DNA of 64,000 bases. It comes from Chrysomallon squamiferum. Taxonomy: Eukaryota; Animalia; Mollusca. The position numbers and the translations under genes were made by a program. The stretch covers positions 25,978,001 to 26,042,000 of the forward strand of contig CM022665.1 of NCBI GenBank assembly GCA_012295275.1, written 5' to 3'. How positions within the stretch are numbered: position 1 is the stretch's first letter; every line of letters begins with the position of its first letter. A model generated the notes under the pieces. The model had not been told where the DNA came from. It saw only the letters and a program-made list of their open reading frames with translations, and did not search any database. Below, piece by piece: positions 27,536 to 42,074 of this stretch.

Positions 27536-29406
27536 ATATTTTGTACCAGCTGAGACAGAAGACTCACAGCAGAGTGAAAATCAATCTCTTCTCTTTGCTT
27601 ATCACACTGTGATTCTAATTGATTATGTTGAATCATACACTGGATGAGATGCATTATCACAAACTCATATCAGACTGAATGAAGGCATGAATAATATAAA
27701 ACATAGCACATCTGACGAGAGTGAAGACATGTCATCAAAAAACAATATGTTGGCTGAAATAATAAATACTTTTTGTTGTTTTTTTGAGGATAATTATTTG
27801 TAGGTAATAAATAAATAGGATTTTTTTTTTCTACATTTTTTAATGGAAAAAGATGATAATAGAATTTTGTAAAGAGTTTAAAAATACAGATGAGGACAAT
27901 ATTATGAACTGAAAGAAAAAATGAAAAAAAATGGAATGATCAGTTTTCTGTAAAAGAACAACTATGATCAGATTATGAATGCTGAAGGAATTAATATTTG
28001 TTTTTAATTAATTAAAAAATTATATGCCCTCAGTAGAACTAAGGTTTGCTTTTAAACATTTTCTTATAAATTACATGTTCAAAAAAAGAAGAAGAAGAAA
28101 ATGTGAAAAAAATATGAGTAGTAGTATTCAAAGCTTCTCTCATTTTTGCTTTTTTTTTGGTTTCAAGGAAACATATTTTCTCAAAATTAAAAATGTATAA
28201 TGCACACAAAAAAAAAATTTAGGAACCACTTTCAAATTAGTGGTGTGACATTCACACAATTATCATTTAACCATTTCAACTTAATTAGAAAATCTGCCAG
28301 TAATCAAGATAATGGCTATGACCTACTGAACAAACAACAAAATCAATGGACAGATCGGGATGGTGGCTTCTCACAATATCATCATAGCTTGCTGCATGGC
28401 CATGTCTTTTTTCTTTCAATCAAGGAAATTAGTCTGACATGAGAGGAAAGTCAGCCCAATATCTCAATCTGCCAAACTATCTCCTTTCTCAATAGCCAAA
28501 CTGTCCAAGGAAATGCTTTCCACCATTGATTGGCATGCGCAGCTGACAAAGAATGGATTGGAATGTGTACATACTGGTTCAGTCCTGATTTTCTGAACAA
28601 ATACAACAAGAATGGTTGTTTTTCCTTCATTCACCCAACCCAGAGAGTGGACTAAATACATATATACATAGCCACGAGGTGCAACTTTCTCAGACTGCCA
28701 GACTTGATCACCACTTTTTGTATTGTGATCAACAAAAATTAATCCCTACTATAGTGAAAAAAAATAAATAAATAATAATAACATTCCAATGAAATTTATT
28801 TGGATCAAAATTTTCAAAGGAGTAGAAAAAGACAAAATTGAAAAATAAAGAGAATTTGGTCATGCATGCCAGATTGATAAAAGCAGCCATCAGCAAACAA
28901 AAAAATATTTGAAAACTGAAATGAATCTATCCAACACTTTTTAGTTGAGTACATGAAGAGCACAGCAGAAAACAAACATCAGAGATCAATTAATCACATA
29001 TTTATCCATTAGATAACCACTTTGAGATGAGAAGGACTCAACAGAAAAATAAAGAAAGATATTCTTTTAGACAAACACAGAATTCTGTCAATGACAGTGG
29101 TTCTACAAAGTCACTGAATGAAGAGAAAACACATTGGCAGAGTCAGACTTATTGTTAAAGAACTCTCTCAGTTTTAAAACAATATTTAAACTGACATTTT
29201 TCATAAACACCGTTCATGTTTTATTGTTCAGAAGGCAACACCTCTTTGGTGAAAAATTAAACATGTTGTCAAGTCAGACACACCTTGAAATTAAAAACAA
29301 AGATTACTTGTTCTGATAAACAGACAGAAAGATAATAACATAGGTAAAGGTATGGACGTAGATATAGTCACTGACATAAATTTTGTTATGAACGTAAATT
29401 TAGATA

Positions 29407-29532
29407 CAGTGAAACTTATAAAAATAGTGCCCACAGTAGATCAGAATTCACACAAAACTGAATGATTTTTCTGAGTTCCTGAGATCTTTTTGCTTGATCC
29501 CATTACTGTTCAGTTTTCAGAAGTTTTCACTG
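29407..29532. mobile_element. Tc1/mariner-pogo-type MITE, 126 bp
   Basis: TA|CAGTGAAACTT...AAGTTTTCACTG|TA: TA duplication on both sides and near-perfect terminal inverted repeats starting CAGTG. Confidence 0.7.
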
Positions 29533-30601
29533 TATGTAATTATATCAGTAATAAAATACTCACAGACAAAGCATCTTTAATCAAGTAATTTTCTACTTCT
29601 AGAAACCAAACATTTGTAAAAGATAATTTTAATACACTTAAAAAACACTTATATAACTGTAATATTTAGTTCACATATGTATTGATTATTATTACTATTT
29701 TTCACAGAACAGAGAACAGTAGCCTTGAAATAAATAAAAGTGAAATAACTGACAAACTCAAAATAAATAATGAAAGAAGACAGAAATGTTTTTAAAAGAA
29801 AAAAAAGTTAAATTCTTTGAACAGAAGTGAATAGAGAGAAGAATAAAGTTGAAGATCAAGAAAAGAATTTTACCTATAAATATTAAAAGTTACATTTAAA
29901 AAAAAAAAAATAAAAATAAAATAAAATATTCTGCCATAACAAAATAAAATAAATAAAGGCTTATAAGGCAGGAACTTGAAGAAAAATCAGAAAACCAGAA
30001 CTGAAATGTTATTTTTATAATTCTATAAAACAGTGTATGTGTGCATGTGGGTGTCATAAAAATAAAAATTAAAAATAAATTAAATCTCAGGATGAACATA
30101 TGAAGCTATTAACTTTATTTTGTTACACAATCCGACAAATAATTTTTAATACACACACATCATGAATAATTACAAAGTATTATGTATTTATATATGCTCT
30201 TACGTACAAAAGTATTTGTGATTTTTGTTTGTGCTAGTTTGAATCTGTTTACAATGTGTTTGAATGATTTAGTAATTACATATATCTTGCTATAATTATA
30301 AACATAGACATTTTATCTCAGGTAACCTACATTATTCAAAGATTCTTCTTGGGCCATTAGTTCCATCAGGCTGTCTGCTGCTAATGTTTGTAATTAGGCA
30401 TTTATAAGATATTAATTTTTTGGAAACTATTTTTACCATATGGTCTCATTATATTAAAGGCTGTGAAGAGGTATGTGTTTTGAAGATGACTTGAAGCAAC
30501 ATAAAATGAACACTATCAAATAGAACTATCAGCTGTAATGAAACACATGGGAGATATCATATATTATTTGTAGTCCAATTAAACATAGATGAAAATTATG
30601 G

Positions 30602-30639
<38 letters not shown>

Positions 30640-30754
30640 GTAATGAAAGAAAGAAAGATACTGAACCTTCTTAGCTGTTATTTGTTGGTATTTTCAATAC
30701 CAGTTCAAGGATAATACAAGAAGTGTAAAATATACCAGTTTGATTTTTATTTGC

Positions 30755-31027
30755 TAGAACATAGGTTTTCGTGGGGGTCGTTAGTACGTTCTTGAGTGAG
30801 GGGATGTTTTAGCTTTTTTCAACTTGACTTGGAAGGAGGAATAAATAAAAATGTGCAGAAAGGTTTGGGACCCATCATAGTGAATATAGATTCCTTTTGT
30901 ACTGTCTTTGGTGGATGAGAATATGGTAACACTTGATATTATTGAATCAAAAATTTTAAAGGGGGTCATCAGTCATACTGAGTTGCTCATAAGGGGTTGA
31001 GGTGTCAAAAAGGTTGAAAACCAGTGT
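30755..31027. mobile_element. Degenerate hAT (Charlie-like) non-autonomous element
   Basis: The right end AAAAAGGTTGAAAACCAGTG resembles the hAT-Charlie terminus (AAGGTTGAGAACCACTG). There are internal GGGGTC subterminal motifs and CTAGA at both flanks. The left TIR is decayed. Confidence 0.45.
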
Positions 31028-32618
31028 ACTAGAAGAACTAAAATAGAGGATACATCTTTGCTAGAGATGGAAATACTAATACAACAGTACTACTTTTGGC
31101 CATTGCAACTACAACTACTATTTCTACTTTGACTACAACTACTGCTATTGCCATTATTATGACTACTACTACTGCATGTACCACTACAAATACTAACATC
31201 ATCAGTACTGCTGTTACCATTAGCACTACCACTGCTACATTTACTGCTATTATTAACATTACTGATAAAAAAAAAAAATAATAATAATAAATAATTTAAA
31301 AAAATAAAAATAAAAATGACTGGATTATACTTTGGGCAACTGTAAGTCTAATATTGATTAAAAATTATAAATACATAAATAAATTATAAATAAATTCATA
31401 GGACTAATAAATAAAATTTAGTATGTGTGAAAGAAACAAATTGACAGCCATCTGTGGCATTAATGGCTATATAAATGGTGTGTTGATGTTTGTTTGATGA
31501 TTTCTGTCTATTACAAAGCAGTGTTTCTGGCTATTATAGCAAAATTTGTTCTGTAATAAAACAGTTAAATGTATAATAAAGTTTAATAAAAAATAGATGT
31601 TAAACTGGTATATCATGCATAGAAATATAATTATATTACGCACATATAAAAAAACCCATTATATTTTATACATATACAATAAAATGCAAAAAACACATAA
31701 AAAAGACATTAAAAACACAGTCACTTACAATATACACAAACTAACATGCACACAAATATATATACACACACACATACATATATTATATATAGACTCATAG
31801 ATATATATTCATATACATATATATTTATATAAATATACACACACACATAAACATATTATCTAATCAACATAATCTTTTTTAAAATTTTAATTTAATATAT
31901 ATATTCATATAAACACACATACACATGCAAAAATACACACACACACACACATATTTCACTTTAGTGAATATATTACATAATCAGATAAAGAAGAACAAAA
32001 TATTTTTTAAAATTTCACATAAAATATTATCTACTTGGTTTAGTGGTTCTGTACTGCAAATGAAAACCATTAAAGTATATCCATTCCTTTTAACTCTTTT
32101 GAACACCTGACAATAAACAGATTATAAAATTTCTGTGCACAAATTATTGCAGAATAAAATGTCTGCGTGATTGTTTTCCTCCATGTTTTGCGGAGAACCT
32201 TGCCAAGGAAACTCTATCTGCATGGCAATCAATTTTCCTTTAATTGATTAATCTATGACTTCATACTTTGAGTTTGCAATTCCCTAACACAAATCATTTC
32301 ACAGTTGCTGTTTGCAGAAAAACTGTGTACTTGCGAGCAAGGCAGCCATTTTTTATATATATATATTTTTTATACTAATTAAATAATAATAAAAAACAAA
32401 AAAAACAATGTAGAATATATTTTTCACTATAAATCATGTTGGAAACATGTCAGTCATTGCTAGCCAGAAGTGGCAATTATACTGAAAAGAAATATATTGT
32501 AAAAACTGTTATTTTTTTCATTGTCAGACCGTGATGGAAATAATATTTATGGATTTTTTTTAATTATAATTCAAATCTATTTGAGGAAATGGATAATAAT
32601 AATAAAAATAAAAATAAA

Positions 32619-32664
<46 letters not shown>

Positions 32665-35304
32665 GATAAAACATTAATAAATTATCTAAATGGTATTTAT
32701 CTTTATTTTTTAAAAATGTTCAAATAATTAAAGACACAAAATCAAAGTATTCTAAAATCTCTGATTAACAAAATAAAATAAAAATAGGTAAAGAAATGGT
32801 ATTAAAAATATATAAAAAATAAGATTCTGCATATGGGCTGTGATTTAGAGATTTATTTCATGATGTCAAAGTTATAGAAATTTTAAAAATTAAAGCTGAT
32901 TTCATTTTTGACACTGGAACATGAAACTTTATTAATGATAAAACAAATGTATTTTTTGGTTGAACTAGATATCATTTTTTATTTATTTATTTTTTAATAG
33001 AATAAATAAAGAGTGTTGTATATATAAATGATAAGCTATTAATATTATTCATTAGAGAGAAAAAGGTAAAATGGTTCTATTAATCTGTTTAGATTAAATT
33101 TCTAAAAGAAATGCCTCAATAATAATTTTTCAGGATACTTGTATTAATTTTTTATTAGAGTGAAAAATTTAACATGTTATATCATGTTTTTTTTTTTTTT
33201 CAACATATTTATCAGAATTTTAAAGGAATGCATACATTATAACTTCTGTTAATATTGCAAGTCAGTATTAATCAAGATGGAGGAAATATGGAAATATATT
33301 ATCCAATGCATTTGTCTTGCTTTTTAAAATATTGATTTATTTATTTACTTATTTTTAAATAATACCTCCAAATGTATAAAGTCATTTATAGAGATACTCC
33401 AAATCAATATTAATCAAAATGGAGGGGCAAAAGGTCAGATTATGCGATGATTTTTTAATGTATATTTTTATATTTTTTTAAGATAATACCTGCAAACTGG
33501 AATCAATTATAACATCATTTATATAGATGCTCTGAGTTTTGGCTCTTAAATTAGATCTAATGAAAGCCCATCAATCAAAAAGAGAGAGAGGTAAAGAATA
33601 AAGAATCTGGCAAGAAGCCAGTCAGTGTAATATTTGATAACATAAGAAATTGTCCAATCCTTTCCTTTCTCGCCTCGGATCCATTTTACTGCTATATGGG
33701 AAATCGATAGAACTCAAGACCCATCTTTGATGAAAATGAGCAACTCCAAATTCATAACATTGGTATTATTTTATCCCTTCCATTATGTTGTGCACAGCCA
33801 ACCAGCAACAGGGTGTAATGGAGGATTAATGAAGGTTTATAATTCAGATGCTGTCCACCTCTTTATTTTGTGTGTTAGTGAAATGTAGTAACTAATTGTA
33901 GTTGTGGTTGTGCAAATATTATGATGTAATAACAATAACAATAATAATAATAATAATAATAATAATATAAATAATAATAAATTATTAATAATTATAGTAA
34001 AAATAAAATAATAATAATAATAATAATAATGAAGGAAAATAATGATGATAATTATGATGATAATGATAAGAAACATAACAATAACAGTAATAAAATTATA
34101 GTAATAATAAATGCACTGTACGTCCACTGTTAATAATAACACTATTAGCAATAACAATAATAATTATTAAAACGTAACAGTTCATTATAAGAGAAGTAAC
34201 AGTAGTTGTTATTACACAAATAGTTAAAAATTAAATAAATACTTATCCAAAAAATGTGTTCAAATTTGTTTAAAGTGGTGATAACTACAACCATGACATG
34301 ACAAAAATAATATCACAATAACGATAATAATAATAATAATTGTAATACCAACAGTAGCACTGGTGGTGATGGCATTAGGAATAGTATTAACAGAGTAGAT
34401 TTACACTAGTGTAACACTATTAGCAGTAGCAGCTGCAGAAGCTGTAGTAGCTAAAGTAGAAGTAATAATAATGAAGGTAGTATTAGTCATGTTGTAAATA
34501 AATAAATAAATATAATAATAATTATCATTATTATTATCATCGTCATCATTATAATAGTAATAGTAGTAGTGGTAGTAATAGTAATGGAAGTGTAATAGTA
34601 GCATGGTAATATTCATAAGAGTAGTAGTAATGGTAGAAGTAGTAGTAGTAGTAGTAGCTGTACTAATAGTGTAGCAGTAGCAATAAACTGAACTGTATAA
34701 AAATAAAATATTATAATTAAAATTAAAATGAAAGAATTACATATATTTCTGTAAGAACAATGGTTCTAATTAAAACACTAATAAGTTATTTTCAAAATAA
34801 TTACAAAATGTCACAAAATGATATAGATCCTGACAAGTAATTCTTCAAGTTCTCCCATCTCTCTAATAACATTACCTGTAATTAACAAACATTTTTTCAC
34901 ACCTGAAAACAAATCATTAATTTCTGAAGGGGAAAAATCTATAACATTTTGCATGAATGTTCTAATTAGAAACAAATGATCAATTCTATTTCTGGTCTTC
35001 ATTAACTCATCACGGAAGATCAAGAAGGACAATTTTATCATTTGTCAGATGCTGTCACATTGTAGCAATATTTTAATAATTTTACATTGCTTAAATCAGA
35101 AGAAATCATAATAGGATTTGTGCATGAGAAATATTTGTATTTCATTATCAGGCCATCTGAAATGATATTAACTTATGCAAAACGAAGCTTTTCAAGCAAT
35201 CTGCTTACATATATTTTGGCAGGCCAGCTAACCAATAACATAACATAAAAATACATGTTTATTTTTAACCATTCCAAATATTATGAAATTATCTCTAATT
35301 CAGT

Positions 35305-35790
35305 GGTAGAAATGATAAGTTAAAACTTCAGTACTCTTCAATATTATACATCAGATTTTTTCTCTGCCAGTCATGATGTGGTGCACACATGTTATGGCAT
35401 ACACATTAGAAAAGGTATGTCTAAAGATCAGTACTCCTCAATATATTACCCATCAGATTTTTCCTGTTCTACCCTGTACTCAGTGACTGTAGCAAAGGTT
35501 GTGGTTTATGTAATATATATGTGTTAGAAATGATAATTCCAAAGATCAGTATTCTTACATATTACTCATCAGATTTTACCTGTTCCAGTCAATAGCCAGT
35601 GATCAATGAATCAAACTCTGTGGTATATGTTATCCTGCAGTATGTGTTTTGGAAAGACAAACTGAAATTAGTCATTAGTTGTAGTATCTAAGGAAATGTG
35701 ACTCTCTTTAAAACAACTGTGTTAAAATTATAAATAACAACCAAATAACTTTTAACATATAAAACTGGGATATCATCAAACCATTATTCA
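35305..35790 (+). mobile_element. About three degenerate ~100-120-bp tandem units, the last running into a SINE body
   Basis: TAGAAA...TCAGTACTC...ATATTA..CATCAGATTTT recurs at about 35307, 35407 and 35525. The last unit continues TGTTCCAGTC...TGTGGTATATGTTATCCTG, as in the SINE core. Confidence 0.5.
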
Positions 35791-35927
35791 GTATATTTTT
35801 AACATCTCTGCACATTTTTTAAATATTATTATTATTATCTTCTTCTTTTTTTTTCTTTTTTTTTAAAGTATTGTTTATTTATTTATTTTCATAACTCTGA
35901 TATTAACATGCAAAATGAAGCTTTTCA

Positions 35928-35986
35928 TTGTAATATATTTGCATTAAATTAATCATTTTTATTAATTTAATGCAAATATATTACAA
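35928..35986. repeat. Perfect inverted repeat: 26-bp arms, 7-nt loop
   Basis: TTGTAATATATTTGCATTAAATTAAT-cattttt-ATTAATTTAATGCAAATATATTACAA; the arms are exact reverse complements. Confidence 0.95.
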
Positions 35987-37304
35987 CGATATACTATAAC
36001 AATGTTGCTACAGATTGATAGATGGATCAACAGATATAGATTAAAAATAAACAAGTCAAAGTAGATGTTAAAAAAAAGAAAAAATTACTATTTATATAAA
36101 AATAACTATTGTGTTTTGAAATATTTTATTTATTTATTTTCATGTTTTTTTCCTTTTTGCTATTTTTTTCCAAGTGTAATTACCACTGATTAAACAAGTA
36201 TTCTTGAATTATTAAAAACAAAACACAAAACAATATTTATTAATTTTATTCTTTTTTTTTTTTTTTTCTTTTTTTTAAATGCGAAATAATTTGTCTCTAC
36301 AAACACTAAAATTAGACACAGTGTTTAAATAATACAAAAATTATACTTGAAATATGTAAATCTATGCATCTTGTCACAGGGTTGTTGATGCATGTCACAG
36401 GTAGTAAAAATGTCACAGCAGGTGTTGGTTATTTATTATAAAACACACTTTGTAATGTTTTAATTATAAAAAGAAAAAAGGGAAAATTTCATTCCATGCA
36501 TTCAAATATATTTCATTTACAGAAATAGACAAATGCTTTGAACAAAAATTATTATTACTATTTTTTTTTTTTTTTTAAATGTGACTGATAAATATGTGTT
36601 TGTCAAGAATACTTTTGGTCCCAAAGATAGCAAATCAGTCACAGACTGGCAAAAAAGGTATTACAGGTATCCAAGTATTTATCCTGCAAGCTTGGAACCA
36701 GGGGTTGATAAAATTTCAGAATTTTTCTGTTTTCTGGACCAAGGCATAATAAATAATTAAAATATAAAATAAAAAAGGATAGTGATGGTTGTCTGAAGCT
36801 GGTTCTTGTAGTAATATTCAAATACAATCAGGTTCTTTCATTAATATTAATTTGAGCTAGATGTCACAAGATGTAGGCAGAGTTGGGAAGTTTAACTATT
36901 ATTATTGTTGTTGTTATTAAAATATTATAATTATTATAATTTTTATTTTTTTTCTTATTATTATTATCAAATTTAATTTTGATGTTATTGTTTATTTCAG
37001 TGAAGTAACTACTGGTTAAATATTTCATCTTTCCCTGTCTTACATTATAACATAAACTAATTCATTTTAAGAAAATCCTTTTTTTTTTTTTTTTTTTAAA
37101 ATTTTAGTTATGTATTTATTCATAAAAAGAAAACCTTAATAATAATTGAAATATTGATCAAAATGGAAAAAGAAAGATGGTGCAATAAATAAATAAAAAC
37201 AGTATCATATATAATAATAAAAAGAAGAAAAATGTTAAAACATTGTGTTGGAGGAATATTTATGATAGTTTTGAAATAGAACATAAAAAGATGAAGACAA
37301 AACA

Positions 37305-37460
37305 ACTGAAGAAATAACATGGGTGTCTTTAAACTAAAACAGTGATGGTATCACATGGGTATCTTTAAAACAGTGAAGAATTTATATGGATATTTGGAAA
37401 CTAGAACAGTGAAGGATTTACATGGATATCTGGAAACTAGAACAGCTAAGGAATCACTTG
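37305..37460. repeat. ~37-bp minisatellite, 4 copies
   Basis: AACAGTGAAGGATTTACATGGATATCTGGAAACTAG-like units. Confidence 0.8.
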
Positions 37461-37831
37461 AAAGTGCTTCCTCTGTGAATTGATTTGACCCAGTAATAAA
37501 AATAAGGAGATAATTCTTTCTGAGAGCTGTTTATGCTTCAAACCAGCCACTGTAATCTCCAGCAAACTGAAGCAGTGGAGCTGAAGCCAACACCAGGCAA
37601 CCCAATACCTAGCACTTCACTGCTGTGGGATTTATGCAACTCCACAACGGGTTGATTGCCACTCCAGTCTGACAACAGGCAGACAATAAAATCAACCAAT
37701 GAGACGTCCTGTTACATTAGTGATTTGGGTTCCAAGTCAGATGTCGGAGCCATCCAAACTCAGACAAACTGATTTTTTTTTTTTTTTTTTTTTTTTTTGA
37801 TTTTATTATTTTTTAAATATTTACCTATTTC

Positions 37832-37872
<41 letters not shown>

Positions 37873-38849
37873 TTATCATTAATTTTTTTTTTAAATTATC
37901 ACCAGTACAGTTCATTTCTTATTTCTTTTCTTTCAATGAGTTTCATGTTTGTCTTTGTTTTTTTCTGGGTTTTTTTTTGTTTTTTTTTTTGTTTTTTTTT
38001 TTATCAGAAAGAAATTGCTGTATGTTCCAGTAAGAAATAAATGTTTTAAAAAAGCAAAAGTTATCTGACTTAATGTTTACACATATTGAAATCTGTCCTT
38101 GATCATATCTTTCAGGTGATAAACAAAAAGATATATATTGTTTACGTATTAGATTACCTTTTTAATGAAAGTCTTTGATCCAGATAAACATACACACACA
38201 CACACATGCATACACATATACACCCATACACAAACATATATACACACGTGCACCCAAACACATGCACACACATGTACATACATACATCAGACATAATTCA
38301 GTGAATTCAGTATGTATATATACATCATACATTTTTATTATCATATATTTGGGAAACTGGATCAGTAAGTAACATTCATTCACTGAGAGGCTTTGTGAGG
38401 AATATTTCAAACTTTTGACTTTCAGAGATAGACAGTAATGGTTATTCATGTCCTTGGAAACAGGTTTCATTATTTAGATAGAAGGTTCAAAAAGTCAAAA
38501 TACACAGTATTAAAAAATTTTATTTTTGTTGCATATCTGGTTTTAACAATGTTTTATTATGTTTAACCTGTATGTAATTTAAATGCACCATAAATACATA
38601 ATTAAATAAACAGAAAAAATTACTCGTTTTTTTTATTTTGCCTCGGAGAGCCATGAACAATAAAGAATGTGTGCATTTATTACCAAGTCTGTTCAATGTA
38701 TAAATTGTCACTGTTATTAATCTTTCAGGTGTCTCAATTTATTTTACTAACGCTATCACATATGCGACAAATTGGAGATAAATATGTTATACTGAACAGT
38801 AATTATCTGTGTTTTATGGACACATTTTTGGGTGTAAAATTCACACAGA

Positions 38850-38875
38850 TACTTCTCTCTCTCTCTTTATATATC

Positions 38876-38957
<82 letters not shown>
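38850..38957. repeat. Compound (CT)n(TA)n(GA)n microsatellite
   Basis: Read directly. Confidence 0.95.
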
Positions 38958-38961
<4 letters not shown>

Positions 38962-40329
38962 TGGGTTGATCACTATGTATATGTATGTGTGTGCGTGCAT
39001 GTATGTACAAATTTATATTATACCTACCATGCCAGTGGGAAAAACGTTTTAATGAAATCTAACCCACATCAACATCAATGAATAAAGCCTAGCTGGCAAT
39101 GACTTCACGTAATTTGAAAATATTGATAAAATCATTCGGTGGAAAATTCATCCACCGGATAGTATTAACACAGACAAATATTGCTGCTTATTTAGTGTGG
39201 GCTATGCACATGATATATGACAGCCTCCAAGATGAGACTGCTTGGTGACTGAGATTAAATCTTTACAAGAAGAAGATAATGATGAATTTTTTTTTTTTTT
39301 TCACAGCTTGTTTAGCTTTTAGTTATCTTTATGAAAAATAATGATGATGATGATTTTTTTTTTTTTTTTTTTTTTGATTTTTTAAAAGTAATATGAATGT
39401 GATATGTGTAATAGGATTACATGTATTAACATTCCTGAAAAACTTTTATGGTAAAATCTGAATGCTAAATATATTTTCTTTTATAAATTACATTAATTAA
39501 AAAATAATAATAATAATAATAATGTCCCATAATTTCAGAAATTATAATTCCTCAACAGATATATCAAGAATTAGTCAAATTTAAGGCTACAATATGTTAA
39601 AAAACAGAAAAATAATATAAGTAACAGAAATCCCAAGATAAAAATATTTTCTTTTTATAATTATTCAACTTTCCTTATTACCCATTTTTTTTACTTTTTG
39701 CTTTAATTAATTTTTACCAATTAGGTGAAGTAATTTTTATTTTATTGTATTTATTTGTTTTGTTTTATCTGTTTATTTGTATATTCTTTTTATTATTATT
39801 ATCATTATTATTATTTTATTATTTTTTATTTATTAAATTTTATACTGGAATTCATTAAACACTTACTCATTCCTCCTCCCTTTTCATTCCTTCTTTAGAA
39901 TTCTTTTTTTTTTCTTCTTAACTCAGTTCAAGTCAATTATTTAATATTTCAGCTGTGATGAATGAGTACAGAGCTAAAGATTTCAACATTGTCATGAATA
40001 TTAGATGTGAAATATTTAATTTATTCTTCAGCTCGTTTCTGCAACATTCCACTTTGATTATGTAACATGGATTCTGTTTGCATTGTACAGTAATATTGAT
40101 AAATGTCATTCAGCTAGAAATGCACCTGCTTCCTTTCACAGAATTGTTAACTGCTCATTCGAAAAACAACCCATGGCACTTTAAGTGTCACCAGTATTGG
40201 TTGAATTTGTGTGATAATACCTAAATGTTTTGTTTTTTGTTAACGTAAATTACTTATCTGTCCTGTGATACATATTTTTAAATATTAACATGGGAATTTA
40301 AACAAGGATGTTGAGAAAAGGAAAACATG

Positions 40330-40515
40330 GTGATGTTTCCACAGCACAGACCCCACACTTCTTGATAAGCAGTAAAGAGGGGATTTTCTGTTTCTTTTAT
40401 ATGCATTGTAATATAAAAGTTTTTTATTTTCATGGTCTTGTGTAATTAGTTGACAAGCTTGCCTTCTGTGAAAAACAGTTTAATGATCACCTGAGATGAA
40501 CTGATCCCATGACCA
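40330..40515 (-). mobile_element. Highly decayed SINE fragment (same family)
   Basis: AAGCAGTAAAG...TCTTTTATATGCATT...TGATCCCATGACC follows the motif order of the 5.4-kb fragment. Confidence 0.4.
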
Positions 40516-42074
40516 AACACATATCAAGAGTATGCTTCTGTAATGTTAATTCAGTCAATTTCTCGAAAAGTAGCAATAATTATGTAATGAAGATTTCAGA
40601 TTTTTAAAAAAAAAACCAGTATATATATTCAGGCAAACTGAAATTTTAACTGAGGCTAATATGTTTGTTTTGAAACAATCTTCTTACCCCATAGCACACA
40701 ATTTCCAAATAAATAATACAAAAAAACCCACAAGAATTCCAGAATTATCACTTACGTTTCATAAACCAAGTATATTGTAATATTACAAGTAAATTTTAGG
40801 TATACAGTACAAAGGCCATAAAAACAAAAACTGATAATTTATTCACATAATGGAAGGATCTGTACATTCTGGTATTTGGTGATCTACATATGTTTACAAG
40901 GCATTTACGAAAGTGAGGTCTTTGTCACTGTAGCTGCAATAATTTTCAAGATGATGATGATGATGATAATATAATAATAGTAATAATAATAATAATAATA
41001 TTACAACAATAACAACAACAACAACAACAATAATAATAAACACTCATTGCTAAAAAGCATGCACAGTCTGTACCATGTAAAAAGAAGAAGATTAAAAAAC
41101 ATAATAATAGCAATAATTAAAAAACCCAGGAAAATATAGAAAACTTCTAAAATAATATTATACTGTTCTATTACGGAACCAAAAGTCAACATATGATTAG
41201 CAGTTATTAAATAAACAAAAGCAATCAAAAGGTTTGCTCCTACTTGAATCCATGTAATACATTTTATTTAATTTTTTTTTTTTTTTTTTTTTAAAGAAAA
41301 AGTAACCCCAGTGAAAATGGAATAATAACATAATGAACTGAAAATTAAAGTGTTTTATTAATGCATGTAATTATTAAATAAACAAAAACAACACTGGTTA
41401 GGAAAAAATGCAAAGCTTGTTCCCACCCTGAATCCAAGCAATTGTATTTATTTATTTATTTATTTATTATTTCTTTTTTTCTTCCTCTTCTTCTTCTTCT
41501 TTTTTTTTTTTTTTTTTTTTTTTTTCTTTTAGAAAAAAGAAGACGAAGAACATTTAAAAATATCATAACGTCAAGTTGTGTCCAGAAAATCAACATTTTT
41601 CAGTAATAATTATTAAATAAACAAAAATAGCATTAATTGGTTGGCAATAAAACCAGCAAGATTTTTTCTTATTCTGCATCCTAGTGATTTATTTATTTTA
41701 TTTTATTTTATTTTTTTAAGAGAAAGAGGAACCTAGAAGAAGAACCTCTAAAAATAACATGATCACGTCATGTACCAAAGTATTTCGCAATAGCCTTGCC
41801 ATCTGCTGCTAAGAACATAGTGTAAGCCAGGCCATAATGAAGACAAATATCTGTGTGGCATTCTGTCTATTGATTGTCCACTAAAACTTACAGCTCCACT
41901 TACTCACTTAAAACAAATCGCCAGTCAACCAGCAAAACCTGTGAGGTAATTTACCAAATAATGATAGTCATAAATTCTACACGTAAATTATCCCATAATT
42001 CACTTGGAACGGAAGGCTTAGCACAGCGGTTTTATCATTTATGGAAGAATGAAATCATCGATAATCCAGTGTTG

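Noticed and set aside
34868-34895. TACAG|GTAATG on the minus strand as a recursive splice site
   Set aside because: The pyrimidine tract is weak and such motifs are expected by chance in 44 kb; it would need a saw-tooth total-RNA-seq pattern.
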